Shown here: positions 1 to 9,305 of the stretch, one piece after another
How positions within the stretch are numbered: the first letter of the stretch is position 1
Layout of the letters: each line of letters opens with the position of its first letter
Assembly (NCBI GenBank): GCA_964595485.1
Contig: CAZQQN010000001.1
Location: 19,014-83,013 of the forward strand
Reading direction: 5' to 3'
Source: an uncultured Sphingobacteriales bacterium
GTDB taxonomy: Bacteria; Bacteroidota; Bacteroidia; CAILMK01; CAYYUA01
DNA: 64,000 nt
Notes under the pieces: generated by a model
Databases searched by the model: none
Seen by the model: the letters and a program-made list of their open reading frames with translations, nothing else
Told to the model about the DNA's origin: nothing
Program-made: the position numbers and the translations under genes

Positions 1-542
1 CCGCGTATTTTATCGTATAGCTTGATTTCTTCCTTGCGTGGTACTTTGATACGAATTACGTAAGGATCTCCGCGATCCATTCTTTCTTTGACTTCATCCT
101 GCGGCAAAGCCAAGGAATTTTGCATATATTCCCGGGTGATGTGATCGTATTTTGGAGAGGCCTTGCCGGCTTTTTTCATACGCTCTCTCATTTCCTCTAA
201 TTCATCTGAAGTATCAAAAGCATAATAGGCCTTATCCTCCTTAATCAATTGCTGGGCATATTCATGGTAAAGATCTTTTCTTTCGGATTGATAGTACGGA
301 CCATAAGGACCGCCAATATCCGGTCCTTCATCATAAGTAATGCCTGCCCATTTTAAAGCTTCAGTTATGTAATCCACAGCACCTTCTACATAACGGCTTT
401 GGTCTGTATCTTCTATCCTTAAGATAAATTTCCCCTGGTTTTGCCTCGCGAAAAGGTAATTGTATAAAGCAGTGCGAACACCACCTATATGTAAGTAACC
501 GGTTGGGCTTGGCGCAAAACGTACTCGAACTTGTTCCTTCAT
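1..542 (-). CDS. gltX: glutamate--tRNA ligase, N-terminal part (gene runs off the window start)
   Basis: Reverse translation from the ATG at 542 gives [33 protein letters not shown]..., the class I HIGH-motif region typical of GluRS. Confidence 0.85.
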   Translation of the reverse strand, partial: MKEQVRVRFAPSPTGYLHIGGVRTALYNYLFARQNQGKFILRIEDTDQSRYVEGAVDYITEALKWAGITYDEGPDIGGPYGPYYQSERKDLYHEYAQQLIKEDKAYYAFDTSDELEEMRERMKKAGKASPKYDHITREYMQNSLALPQDEVKERMDRGDPYVIRIKVPRKEEIKLYDKIR

Positions 543-723
543 GATTCTCTGGCTATTTTAGGCTTGCAAATTTAGGGCAAAATTTCGGGGGAATGGAATT
601 GGTGATTTGAGCAGCACCCGATATCTAAATGCATCTTTATAGGCAATCAATGTAGTATAAGCCCAAATGTTCAAAGCGTATTACGATTTCCTTACCTTCG
701 TTAACGCTTAATGCTTTAATGCC

Positions 724-2247
724 ATGAAAATACTTAATAAAGAACAAATTCAGCAAGCAGATGCTTATACCATAGCAAACGAACCGGTAAAATCCATTGA
801 TTTGATGGAGCGTGCTTCAGGCGCTTTTGTTGATATTTTTTCAAGTTTTTTCGAAGCTGATAATCCGGTTAAAGTATTTGCCGGCAAAGGCAATAATGGG
901 GGAGATGGTTTAGCCATATCCCGGCTTTTACTGGATCGTGGATACGATGTAACAACTTATGTGGTTCAATTTACAGAAAAGGCTTCCGATGACTTTCAAA
1001 CCAATCGGAAGCGATTGGAAGAATATCAACAGGCTGATTTGGTGGATTTGTATGAAGATACAGCGCTCCCGGGTTTCCATGAGGATGAAGTAGCGATTGA
1101 TGCCATGTGGGGTAGCGGGCTTACCCGCCCTATAGAAGGGTTTGCCAGGAATATCATTCAGGCTATCAATGATAGCTTGTGCTATGTCGTTGCTGTGGAT
1201 ATTCCATCGGGAGTTTATTGTGATGCAATTAATCCCGACCATTTAAAGATCAGGGCCAGTTATACCTACACCTTTCAAGTACCAAAACTTGCTTTTTTCT
1301 TCCCAGAGAACCAAGACTACACAGGCGAATTCAAAGTCCTTAATATCGGGCTTGAGCAGCATTTCATCGCTGATCAATCAACACCATATCACTTTACTAC
1401 GCAAAAAGAAGCTCAAGCCTTACTTAAAAGGCGAAAAAAATTCCAGCACAAAGGTCATTTTGGCCATGCTATGGTAATGGCAGGATCCTACGGGAAAATA
1501 GGTGCTGCTTTGATCAGTGCCAAAGCTTGCCTGAGGGCTGGCAGTGGCTTGTTGACTGTCTATACCCCCGCTTGCGGTTATGAACCGGTACAGGGAGCCT
1601 TACCTGAAGCAATGGTTAAAACAGATCTTCATCACGATATCATTTCTGATCTCCCTGATAATTTGGAATCTTTAGATGTCATTGGGATCGGCCCTGGAAT
1701 CGGGCAAGACCAACAAACCCTGAATGCTTTCACCCGTCTCCTGGAAACCTGGCAAGGTAAGATGGTTTTTGATGCGGATGCACTCAACCTTTTGGCACAA
1801 CAGCCTCAATTAATGGATAAATTACCCGAGCAAGTCATCTTAACCCCGCATCCCGGAGAATTTGCGCGCTTAAAAGGGAAAAGTGAGCACAGCGTAGCAC
1901 AGCTAGAGCAATTAAAAGCCCTTGCTGAAGAAAAGCAATTAGTGGTTATCCTAAAAGGTGCGCATTCAGCCGTTGGCTTGCCAAATGGAGAAGTTTATTT
2001 TAATGAACCCGGTAATCCGGGGATGGCTACAGCTGGCTGTGGCGATGCGCTTACGGGAATATTGACTGCCCTTTTGGGTCAAGGCTACGATCCGGCTGAA
2101 GCTGCTATCTTAGGCGTTTACCTGCATGGTTTAGCCGGTGACTACGCAAGCTCTGAAAAAGGACATGAGGGCCTCATTACTAGTGATCTGATTTCTCATA
2201 TTCCGGAGGCTTATAAGGCCCTCTACAAAAAAACAAAAATCGAATAA
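724..2247 (+). CDS. nnr: bifunctional NAD(P)H-hydrate epimerase / ADP-dependent dehydratase (YjeF N- and C-terminal domains)
   Basis: 507 aa. GKGNNGGDGL YjeF_N motif, then a C-terminal carbohydrate-kinase-like domain (GHFGHAMVMAGS...GCGDALTG). Confidence 0.85.
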   Translation: MKILNKEQIQQADAYTIANEPVKSIDLMERASGAFVDIFSSFFEADNPVKVFAGKGNNGGDGLAISRLLLDRGYDVTTYVVQFTEKASDDFQTNRKRLEEYQQADLVDLYEDTALPGFHEDEVAIDAMWGSGLTRPIEGFARNIIQAINDSLCYVVAVDIPSGVYCDAINPDHLKIRASYTYTFQVPKLAFFFPENQDYTGEFKVLNIGLEQHFIADQSTPYHFTTQKEAQALLKRRKKFQHKGHFGHAMVMAGSYGKIGAALISAKACLRAGSGLLTVYTPACGYEPVQGALPEAMVKTDLHHDIISDLPDNLESLDVIGIGPGIGQDQQTLNAFTRLLETWQGKMVFDADALNLLAQQPQLMDKLPEQVILTPHPGEFARLKGKSEHSVAQLEQLKALAEEKQLVVILKGAHSAVGLPNGEVYFNEPGNPGMATAGCGDALTGILTALLGQGYDPAEAAILGVYLHGLAGDYASSEKGHEGLITSDLISHIPEAYKALYKKTKIE

Positions 2248-2248
2248 A

Positions 2249-3358
2249 ATGGAGACTGTTGATGTGATCGGGGTCATGTCCGGAACTTCATTGGACGGTG
2301 TTGACCTGGCGCATTGTACATTTTCTATTGAAGAAGGGTATTGGCATTACAAGATTAATGCAGCCTATACCATTCCTTACACCCCATTTTGGGAAGAACA
2401 ACTGGCTAAACTTAACGAGCTAAACGGTTACCAATTTCAGCGGTTGGACGTTGAATACGGGACTATGCTCGGAGAACTAGTCAATACGTTTAAAGAAAAC
2501 TTCAAATTAGAGGCTGATTTGATAGTCTCCCATGGCCATACGGCTTTCCATGATCCCAGTAAAAGGATCAGTAAACAAATTGGTGATCCCATTGGTATTT
2601 GGTCGATTACTGAAATACCTGTCGTTGCTGAATTTCGTCAGGCAGACGTTTTAAAAAATGGGCAAGGTGCTCCTCTGGTCCCTGTAGCTGATTGGTGGCT
2701 CTTTAATGAATATCCTATATGTCTCAATCTTGGCGGAATTGCTAATATAAGCTTGAAAAGTAACAAGCTAAATACCATAACGGCTTTTGATATAGCGCCT
2801 TGTAATTTGATAATCAATCATCTGGCGGCTCAAAAAGGTTTTCCCTATGATGATAAAGGGGCTATGGCAAAGCAAGGTTACGTTGACCATTCAACGCTGG
2901 AAACCTTAAATGCCCTACCTTTTTACCAAAAGACCGGTCCAAAATCCCTTGATAAGAAGGCGGTTGAGGAAAAATACTTCCCAATTCTTGATAATACTGA
3001 TTTGACCGTTGAAGACAAACTAGCCACCTATACCGAACATTTAGCTTACCAGGTAGGAGTGGCTGCTAAAGCTTCAAGTGCAAGTGAAGATTCTATAATT
3101 TTTATCACTGGCGGAGGCGCTTTCAATGATTTTTTAATGGAAAAAATCCAACGTTATTCAGGCCTTAAAATTAGGAAACCTGCTAATACCTTAATCGAGT
3201 ATAAGGAAGCATTGGCTTTTGCTTTCATGGGCTTGCTTAGATGTAAGAATGAGATCAATTGCTTTAAAAGTGTGACCGGTGCTTGGGAGAGTCACGTAGC
3301 CGGGAACTTGTATGGGGACTTCACAGCCATTGCCAATAAGCTTCTTAGAGAGGCTTAG
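2249..3358 (+). CDS. anmK: anhydro-N-acetylmuramic acid kinase
   Basis: 369 aa. N-terminal VIGVMSGTSLDGVDLA is the hallmark AnmK motif. Start is 2 nt after the nnr stop. Confidence 0.85.
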   Translation: METVDVIGVMSGTSLDGVDLAHCTFSIEEGYWHYKINAAYTIPYTPFWEEQLAKLNELNGYQFQRLDVEYGTMLGELVNTFKENFKLEADLIVSHGHTAFHDPSKRISKQIGDPIGIWSITEIPVVAEFRQADVLKNGQGAPLVPVADWWLFNEYPICLNLGGIANISLKSNKLNTITAFDIAPCNLIINHLAAQKGFPYDDKGAMAKQGYVDHSTLETLNALPFYQKTGPKSLDKKAVEEKYFPILDNTDLTVEDKLATYTEHLAYQVGVAAKASSASEDSIIFITGGGAFNDFLMEKIQRYSGLKIRKPANTLIEYKEALAFAFMGLLRCKNEINCFKSVTGAWESHVAGNLYGDFTAIANKLLREA

Positions 3359-3487
3359 CCCTCCGATGACATTTTTTAAGCTTAATTATTACAATTCATC
3401 GATGCTTCTTCCCATTAAAGAGGGATAGGAAACGGCCCATCAATAATTATATTGAGAAGAGTACTCAAACTTTTCAAGTTATGTGTG

Positions 3488-5158
3488 TTATTGACCCTTC
3501 TCAAAAACTTTTTCCCCGCTAATATAAGTTCTTAGCACATTTGCGTCCAGGATTTTGTCTTTTTCTATCGTCATAATATCTTTATCCATAACCACAAAAT
3601 CTGCTAATTTGCCTGCTTCCAGGCTACCTTTTAAGTCCTCTTCCCGGTTGGCATAAGCTGCCCAGCGAGTCAGGCCTTTTAGAGCTTGCTTTCTGGTCAG
3701 GGCATTTTCAGTTTGAAAACCTTCCGGCGGTTCTCCCTTTTTATTTTTTCTGGCTACAGCGGTGTAAAATTGAAGCAAGGGGTTGATCTCCTCAATGGGA
3801 AAATCACTACCCAAGGCGATCATATTATTTTGTAGAAGTAAATCCTGGTATGCATAAGCAGTTTTAACGCGTTCTTCTCCTAAGCGATCGCTGGCCCATT
3901 TCATATCTGATGTGGCATGAGAAGGCTGAACTGAAGGAATTATCTGGTATTTTCCGAATATATCCAAGTCATGAGGGTTAACTATTTGGCAATGCTCAAT
4001 TCGCCATCTTTTATCATTGTTTTTTTGCAGATGTTGGGTATAAACATTTAGCATTGTTCGGCATGCCGAGTCACCTATTGCATGGGTATTTAGTTGATAG
4101 CCATTTTCGCTGGCAATTTGTGCCCATTTATGAAAGTGGGCTGTATCATGCAGTAAAAAGCCTTTTTCCTGCTGCTTATCATGATAGGGGGCTAAAAGGC
4201 ATGCACCCCGGGATCCCAAAGCGCCATCTGCAAACAATTTGATAGCTCCAAGGTGAAGTTTTTTACTGCGGTGAACACCCTTTTTGATATAAGCATCGAG
4301 ATTCTGCTGGCTGGCATTCAGCATGCCATAAATCCGCATTTTCAGGTTACCGGCTTCATGTTCTTGTTCAATGGTTTCTACCCAGGAGTGTTCCAAACTA
4401 GCATCACTAATCGTAGTTAATCCAACAGCAAGGCAATTTTCCTGAGCTTGCATCAGGGCTTGATAACGCTCAGCCGAATCCGGATCAGGGATCTGCTCTT
4501 GAACGAGGTCGATCGCATTGTCAAGAAGAATACCAGTCAATTCACCATTATCCTGTTCCACTGCACCGCCTTCTACAGTAGTATTAGTACCAATTCCTGC
4601 TTTTTTAAGTGCGACCTGGTTGGCCAAAGCTGCGTGGCCATCAATACGCATCAAAAAAACCGGCCGTTCCGGGAAAAGGGTGTCAAGCCGATTTTTACGG
4701 GGGAATTCCCTTGAAGGCCATTTGTTTTGATCCCAACCACGTCCCCTAAGCCATTCTCCTTTGGGCAACTCCTTAGCATCCTTCTGAAGTGAGTCTAATA
4801 CATCATCAAAACTACGACACCGATTCAAATCTACCTGTTGTAACCACTGACCATACCAGTAAAAATGGCAATGCGCATCAATGAAGCCAGGGTAAACCGG
4901 CTTCCCTTCCAAGTCCGTTGTTTTATCAGCTTTGTAAGCATTTAAGATGGTTTTATTGTCCCCTACGGCAACAATAGAATCATGCTGAATCGCCATTGCC
5001 TCAGCTTTGGCAACTTCCTTATTTACCGTGTAAATAGTGGCATTGTGAAAAATTTGATCAACAGGCTCAGGCATAGATTGACACCCGGTTAAAAGTAGGA
5101 AGATTAATAAACAAACCGGTTTAAGGGATTTTTGTTTCATCTTGCTAAAAGAGCCCAA
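3488..5158 (-). CDS. amidohydrolase-family metal-dependent hydrolase, lipoprotein
   Basis: 556 aa. Lipoprotein signal (LLLTGCQS). GFIDAHCHFYW metal-binding motif of the Amidohydro_3 family. Confidence 0.7.
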   Translation of the reverse strand: MGSFSKMKQKSLKPVCLLIFLLLTGCQSMPEPVDQIFHNATIYTVNKEVAKAEAMAIQHDSIVAVGDNKTILNAYKADKTTDLEGKPVYPGFIDAHCHFYWYGQWLQQVDLNRCRSFDDVLDSLQKDAKELPKGEWLRGRGWDQNKWPSREFPRKNRLDTLFPERPVFLMRIDGHAALANQVALKKAGIGTNTTVEGGAVEQDNGELTGILLDNAIDLVQEQIPDPDSAERYQALMQAQENCLAVGLTTISDASLEHSWVETIEQEHEAGNLKMRIYGMLNASQQNLDAYIKKGVHRSKKLHLGAIKLFADGALGSRGACLLAPYHDKQQEKGFLLHDTAHFHKWAQIASENGYQLNTHAIGDSACRTMLNVYTQHLQKNNDKRWRIEHCQIVNPHDLDIFGKYQIIPSVQPSHATSDMKWASDRLGEERVKTAYAYQDLLLQNNMIALGSDFPIEEINPLLQFYTAVARKNKKGEPPEGFQTENALTRKQALKGLTRWAAYANREEDLKGSLEAGKLADFVVMDKDIMTIEKDKILDANVLRTYISGEKVFEKGQ

Positions 5159-5369
5159 TTCAGAAGGTTTTACTTAAGCAAGGTTTAAGCTAAAAAATTA
5201 TCAGACAGAAATTTGTTGGTAACTAAAAAATCTTTATTTTCGGACGAATTTAAGGCATTTATTTTTAGCTATTGTGTTAGAAGGGTATTATTTTTCAAAT
5301 GCGTTAATTAGGTCTTTTAAGGCCTTGATATTCTATTATTGGGCTTTAAAAAATGATTAGTCAGGGGTT

Positions 5370-8300
5370 ATGGAGTGGTTTTTAGCAGTTATAGGGGTAA
5401 AAAATATCAGCTTTTCTACAAAGCGCTTTTTAGTTGCTAAGGTAAAGTTTCACTTTTTTAGTGGCTTTCTACTTCTTGGGTTGGTGTCGGTTTTTATGGC
5501 TAATACTGCCACTGCCCAAATTTATAAAGATATTGCAAAAAAGCAGGGTCTTAGGGTAAGCTATGCAGATAGTACCACCCATATTCAAAACAATTATACT
5601 TTCGGGAGTGGGGTTAGCTTTCACGATTTTAATAATGACGGCTTTGACGATTTAAGTATTCCCATCGGGGCTGATAGTGTGCTTTTTTCAATCAATGATA
5701 GCAGTACTTTTAAAGATACCAACCTTTTAAACCTTAATACAAATGGTGAATTAAGGCATGTTCATTGGGTTGACTATGACAATGACGGCGACAAAGAATT
5801 ATTTTTAACGATTAGTGGCGATGCCAATAAGCTTTATGAAAATAATGGTGGCCTAAATTTAGTAGATTCATCATCTAAAGCTGGTCTGAATAGTTACACA
5901 AATAATTCAATGGGTGTTTCATGGGCGGATTACAATAGAGATGGGCACCTTGATTTTTTTGTGGCTAATTATGATTTTGTTTCTTCCAAAAGTCGCACTC
6001 AGGCTTCAAATAAACTTTATCGAAATAATGGGGATGGTACTTTTACTATAGCCAATACAATAAGTAATATAGGAGACAGCTTAAAACCTAGTTTTCAGGG
6101 TATTTGGATAGATTACAATCATGATAATCATCCAGACCTTTATGTTATTAATGATTTGGATGCCTACGCTAATTCTTTATATAGGAATGACCAAGACGGG
6201 ACTTTTACAGAGGTGAGCGTCCCAACTAATGCTAACCTCAAAGGCCATCACCCCATGTCAGCCACTCATGGCGATTTTGATAATGACGGTCTATTTGATA
6301 TTTACATGGGTAATTCAGGAATAAATCGGGGTGGCTTGAAACGGGAGGATATTTTATTAAAGCAAATGACCAAAAGTTCTTTTAAGAATAAGAACAATAA
6401 TTACGGAATAAGCAAAAATGGGTGGACCTGGGGAGGTTTGTGGATTGATCATGACAACAACACCTTTTTAGATTTACACGTAACTTCGGCGCCTGTTGAT
6501 ACAAATAATTTTAAACGGGTTTATAAAAAAAATAGTTTTTACACTAATCAAGGCGGAGATTCCCTTGCCAAAGGTTTTCAGGCTTTTTCTAAGAACCCGG
6601 TTACTTATAGCCATGCAGCAGCAAAAGGAGACTTTAACAACGATGGTTTCGGTGATATATTTGTTCAGGGTAGTAAACCGAACCATTCATATTTTTGGAA
6701 AAACGCTGGGAACAATAACCATTATCTCAAGGTCAGTTTAACAGGCACTGCAAGCAACCGAATGGCTATAGGTTCCAAAATCACAGTATTCATAGATACA
6801 AACCAATATACCAAGTATACGAAATCAGGGCAGAATTACCTTAGTCAGAATTCTCAACACAAGATTTTTGGTCTTGACACTTTCAGTAATGTAGATTCAT
6901 TGAGTGTTGAATATCCATTGGGGCATGAGGATTGGTACTACAATTTAAATGTCGACACGCATTATCGTTTAAAAGAGGGGGAAACCGAGGAAATTAATCT
7001 GCCAGATTTCAAATATCTTTGTAAAGGCGACACTGTGATTCTTAGCGCAGGTAAGTATGACTCCATTATTTGGAATACGACAGATACAACAAGCTCTGTA
7101 AGTTTTACCAAAGGTGGGCAATATTGGGTAAAAGCCTTTACCAGGTTCGGTATTCTTGTTAGAAGTGATACGATTACGATTAAAAGTTATCCCGATATAA
7201 CAAGTAAGGTGAAAGATTTAAACTGTTTCCAAGACAGCAATGGACGTATTGCATTATCCCTTGACACAATTGGTAAGCCCAGATTAAAGGAAATTACATG
7301 GAAAGGCTTAACTCAGAAAGGAAAAGTTGTTGACAGTTTGAGCGGTGGATGGTATACTTACTCTTATAAAGATTCCAATGGCTGTATCTATCAGGATAGT
7401 GTTCATGTCAATGAGCCTTCTCCTTTAAATTTACAAACTGTTGTTAGCTACGATACTTCGAAGGTAGATAGTATTGGCGTGGTCAATTTAAACATTAACG
7501 GAGGCACAAAACCTTACCAGGTATACCTTGATGGGAAAAAGACTAATAAAACCATTAAGGATCTTCCAGTGGACACTTACCTGGTTAAAGTTCAAGATCA
7601 AAATTCTTGTTCCGTCAAAAAACAAGTGGTGCTAAATTACCAGAATGTACCCACTATTAAGGCAAAAAAGTCCCAGCCATCTTGCTACGGCGCTAATGAT
7701 GGTGCAATAAGACTTGTCATTGATACACCACCTAATACGTCTCCTAATATTTTTTGGAACAATGGTAAACAGGGGCCGGTACTAAAAGGTCTTAAAGCAG
7801 GAAGTTACATTTACCGTTATACTGATAATTTTGGTACTAAATATAAGGACACTGTTGAACTGAAGGGGCCTTCACAAATTAAAATCAATGTGTCGGTAGC
7901 GCATCGAACCCCAAGTAATAAAGGTAGCTTAGGATTCACTATTAGTGGCGGTGTTCCTCCTTACAAGGTATTTTTGGATGGTAAACAGGTTTCAGGCAAA
8001 GTCAATAATTTATCGGCCGGCAATTACCAATTAAGGATTAAGGACTCTACCGGATGTACTAAAAGTAAGTCAATTAAAATAAAAGATAAAAGGGTGCCTT
8101 CTATTGGTCACCAAGTAGAAAATATTTCTTGCTATGGAGAAAATGATGGCTTTATTCAATTGATCGTGAATACACCTACTAACAAACCTTATCAAATTAC
8201 TTGGCAGGATGGTAAAGCCGGGGAAAAGCGCAGAAATATTGGCGCAGGTACATACATCTACCAATATTCCGACAGTGTCGGTATTACTTATACCGACTCT

Positions 8301-9269
8301 GTTAAGGTTACTGAACCGGACTCCTTACATGCCGATAAAAAACTTAAAACAGAAGGGAACGAACAAAGTTGTCAGGTAAATATCAATATAAAAGGAGGTA
8401 CCAAGCCTTATGATATTGAGCTGGATAATAAAAAGCGTAATAATCCGATTGAAAATGTTCAGGATGGTTATCACACCTTGTATGTAAAAGACTCAGCAGG
8501 GTGTGAACTTGATACAGGGGTTAAAATTAAGGATAATTTTATCCCGGACATTGAGCCTCAGGTTACTAACCCAAGCTGCCATGATTCTAAGGATGGTTTT
8601 ATCGAATTAAAATTAACTCCTAAACCCGATAGTAATTATCAAATTAATTGGCAGGCCGGGGGTAGCGGGAAATCTATTGATAGTGTAGGGGCAGGCGTCT
8701 ATTCATACCGATATTTCAATGGTTCAGGTTGCGCCTATGAAGATTCTGTCCGTGTGGAAGCCCCTTATCCCATCGATATACAAAAACAAGTTGATGATGC
8801 TAAAAATGATGAATACGGAAGTATAAAGCTAGTAGTGAACGGTGGAGTGCCACCCTATGATATTATATTAGATGGTGCGGTTAGCGGTAAGCAAATAGAT
8901 AGCTTAAAACCTGGCGAATACAAAATAGAAGTCATAGATGCCAAATCCTGCACTAAACAAATAACCGTTACCATTGATGGCCCCCCAAGCAATATTTCAA
9001 AATCAAATGAAGGTAAGGATTTTACCTTGCAGCCAACAATTATCAAAAGGGGAACCCCAGTGAGTGTGAATTGGCGAAGCAGCTTGCCCGTTAATTCGTT
9101 GCTGGTTTACAATGAATTCGGGAAGATGGTTTATAAGCAGGGTACGGATTTTAAGGGCAAAAGCAGGGTCAACTTAAAGACCTCTTCGCTAAGCCCTGGT
9201 GTGTATATTGTTAAAGTTTTGGGAGAAACTTTTTATCCCTTTCATGAAAGGATTGTTGTTGTTGAATAG
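5370..9269 (+). CDS. giant T9SS-secreted surface protein: FG-GAP/ASPIC-UnbV-like N-terminal region plus tandem SprB-type repeats plus T9SS C-terminal sorting domain
   Basis: 1299 aa. Repeated DxDxDG calcium-binding FG-GAP motifs (DYDNDGDKELF, DYNRDGHLDFF, DYNHDNHPDLYV, DFDNDGLFDIY, DFNNDGFGDIF). About four ~145-aa units with C-x-G-x-NDG...GGTxPY SprB-repeat signatures. C-terminus GVYIVKVLGETFYPF is Por_Secre_tail-like. Signal peptide ends ...TATAQ. True start may lie slightly downstream of 5370. Confidence 0.7.
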   Translation: MEWFLAVIGVKNISFSTKRFLVAKVKFHFFSGFLLLGLVSVFMANTATAQIYKDIAKKQGLRVSYADSTTHIQNNYTFGSGVSFHDFNNDGFDDLSIPIGADSVLFSINDSSTFKDTNLLNLNTNGELRHVHWVDYDNDGDKELFLTISGDANKLYENNGGLNLVDSSSKAGLNSYTNNSMGVSWADYNRDGHLDFFVANYDFVSSKSRTQASNKLYRNNGDGTFTIANTISNIGDSLKPSFQGIWIDYNHDNHPDLYVINDLDAYANSLYRNDQDGTFTEVSVPTNANLKGHHPMSATHGDFDNDGLFDIYMGNSGINRGGLKREDILLKQMTKSSFKNKNNNYGISKNGWTWGGLWIDHDNNTFLDLHVTSAPVDTNNFKRVYKKNSFYTNQGGDSLAKGFQAFSKNPVTYSHAAAKGDFNNDGFGDIFVQGSKPNHSYFWKNAGNNNHYLKVSLTGTASNRMAIGSKITVFIDTNQYTKYTKSGQNYLSQNSQHKIFGLDTFSNVDSLSVEYPLGHEDWYYNLNVDTHYRLKEGETEEINLPDFKYLCKGDTVILSAGKYDSIIWNTTDTTSSVSFTKGGQYWVKAFTRFGILVRSDTITIKSYPDITSKVKDLNCFQDSNGRIALSLDTIGKPRLKEITWKGLTQKGKVVDSLSGGWYTYSYKDSNGCIYQDSVHVNEPSPLNLQTVVSYDTSKVDSIGVVNLNINGGTKPYQVYLDGKKTNKTIKDLPVDTYLVKVQDQNSCSVKKQVVLNYQNVPTIKAKKSQPSCYGANDGAIRLVIDTPPNTSPNIFWNNGKQGPVLKGLKAGSYIYRYTDNFGTKYKDTVELKGPSQIKINVSVAHRTPSNKGSLGFTISGGVPPYKVFLDGKQVSGKVNNLSAGNYQLRIKDSTGCTKSKSIKIKDKRVPSIGHQVENISCYGENDGFIQLIVNTPTNKPYQITWQDGKAGEKRRNIGAGTYIYQYSDSVGITYTDSVKVTEPDSLHADKKLKTEGNEQSCQVNINIKGGTKPYDIELDNKKRNNPIENVQDGYHTLYVKDSAGCELDTGVKIKDNFIPDIEPQVTNPSCHDSKDGFIELKLTPKPDSNYQINWQAGGSGKSIDSVGAGVYSYRYFNGSGCAYEDSVRVEAPYPIDIQKQVDDAKNDEYGSIKLVVNGGVPPYDIILDGAVSGKQIDSLKPGEYKIEVIDAKSCTKQITVTIDGPPSNISKSNEGKDFTLQPTIIKRGTPVSVNWRSSLPVNSLLVYNEFGKMVYKQGTDFKGKSRVNLKTSSLSPGVYIVKVLGETFYPFHERIVVVE
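7170..8940 (+). repeat. intragenic tandem repeat array: about four ~435-nt units encoding SprB-type repeats (approximate bounds)
   Basis: Protein-level periodicity: PSCYGANDGAIRLVI / ISCYGENDGFIQLIV / PSCHDSKDGFIELKL and INGGTKPYQVYLDGK / ISGGVPPYKVFLDGK / IKGGTKPYDIELDNK / VNGGVPPYDIILDG. Confidence 0.5.
9030..9266 (+). other. T9SS C-terminal sorting domain (Por_Secre_tail-like) of the 5370-9269 protein, approximate
   Basis: Last ~80 aa: ...VNWRSSLPVNSLLVYNEFGKMVYKQGTDFKGKSRVNLKTSSLSPGVYIVKVLGETFYPFHERIVVVE. Confidence 0.5.
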
Positions 9270-9305
9270 CTACTTGATAAATTTCAGAAAGTCCACGAGT
9301 TTTTT

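Noticed and set aside
928-1242. Minus-strand 104-aa ORF inside nnr, and similar internal antisense ORFs (e.g. 4054-4242, 4448-4730, 6474-6741, 10122-10586, 11217-12010, 15380-16372, 16968-17831, 18717-20174, 21170-21914, 22687-23040, 24216-24497, 26136-26509, 29081-29421, 37051-37500, 38365-39435, 47118-47411, 50157-50381, 51245-51658, 52626-52862, 55527-55760, 60726-60920, 61657-62094)
   Set aside because: All are embedded in, or antisense to, long ORFs with clear homology-based identities. They have no recognisable motifs and no independent start or promoter signals.
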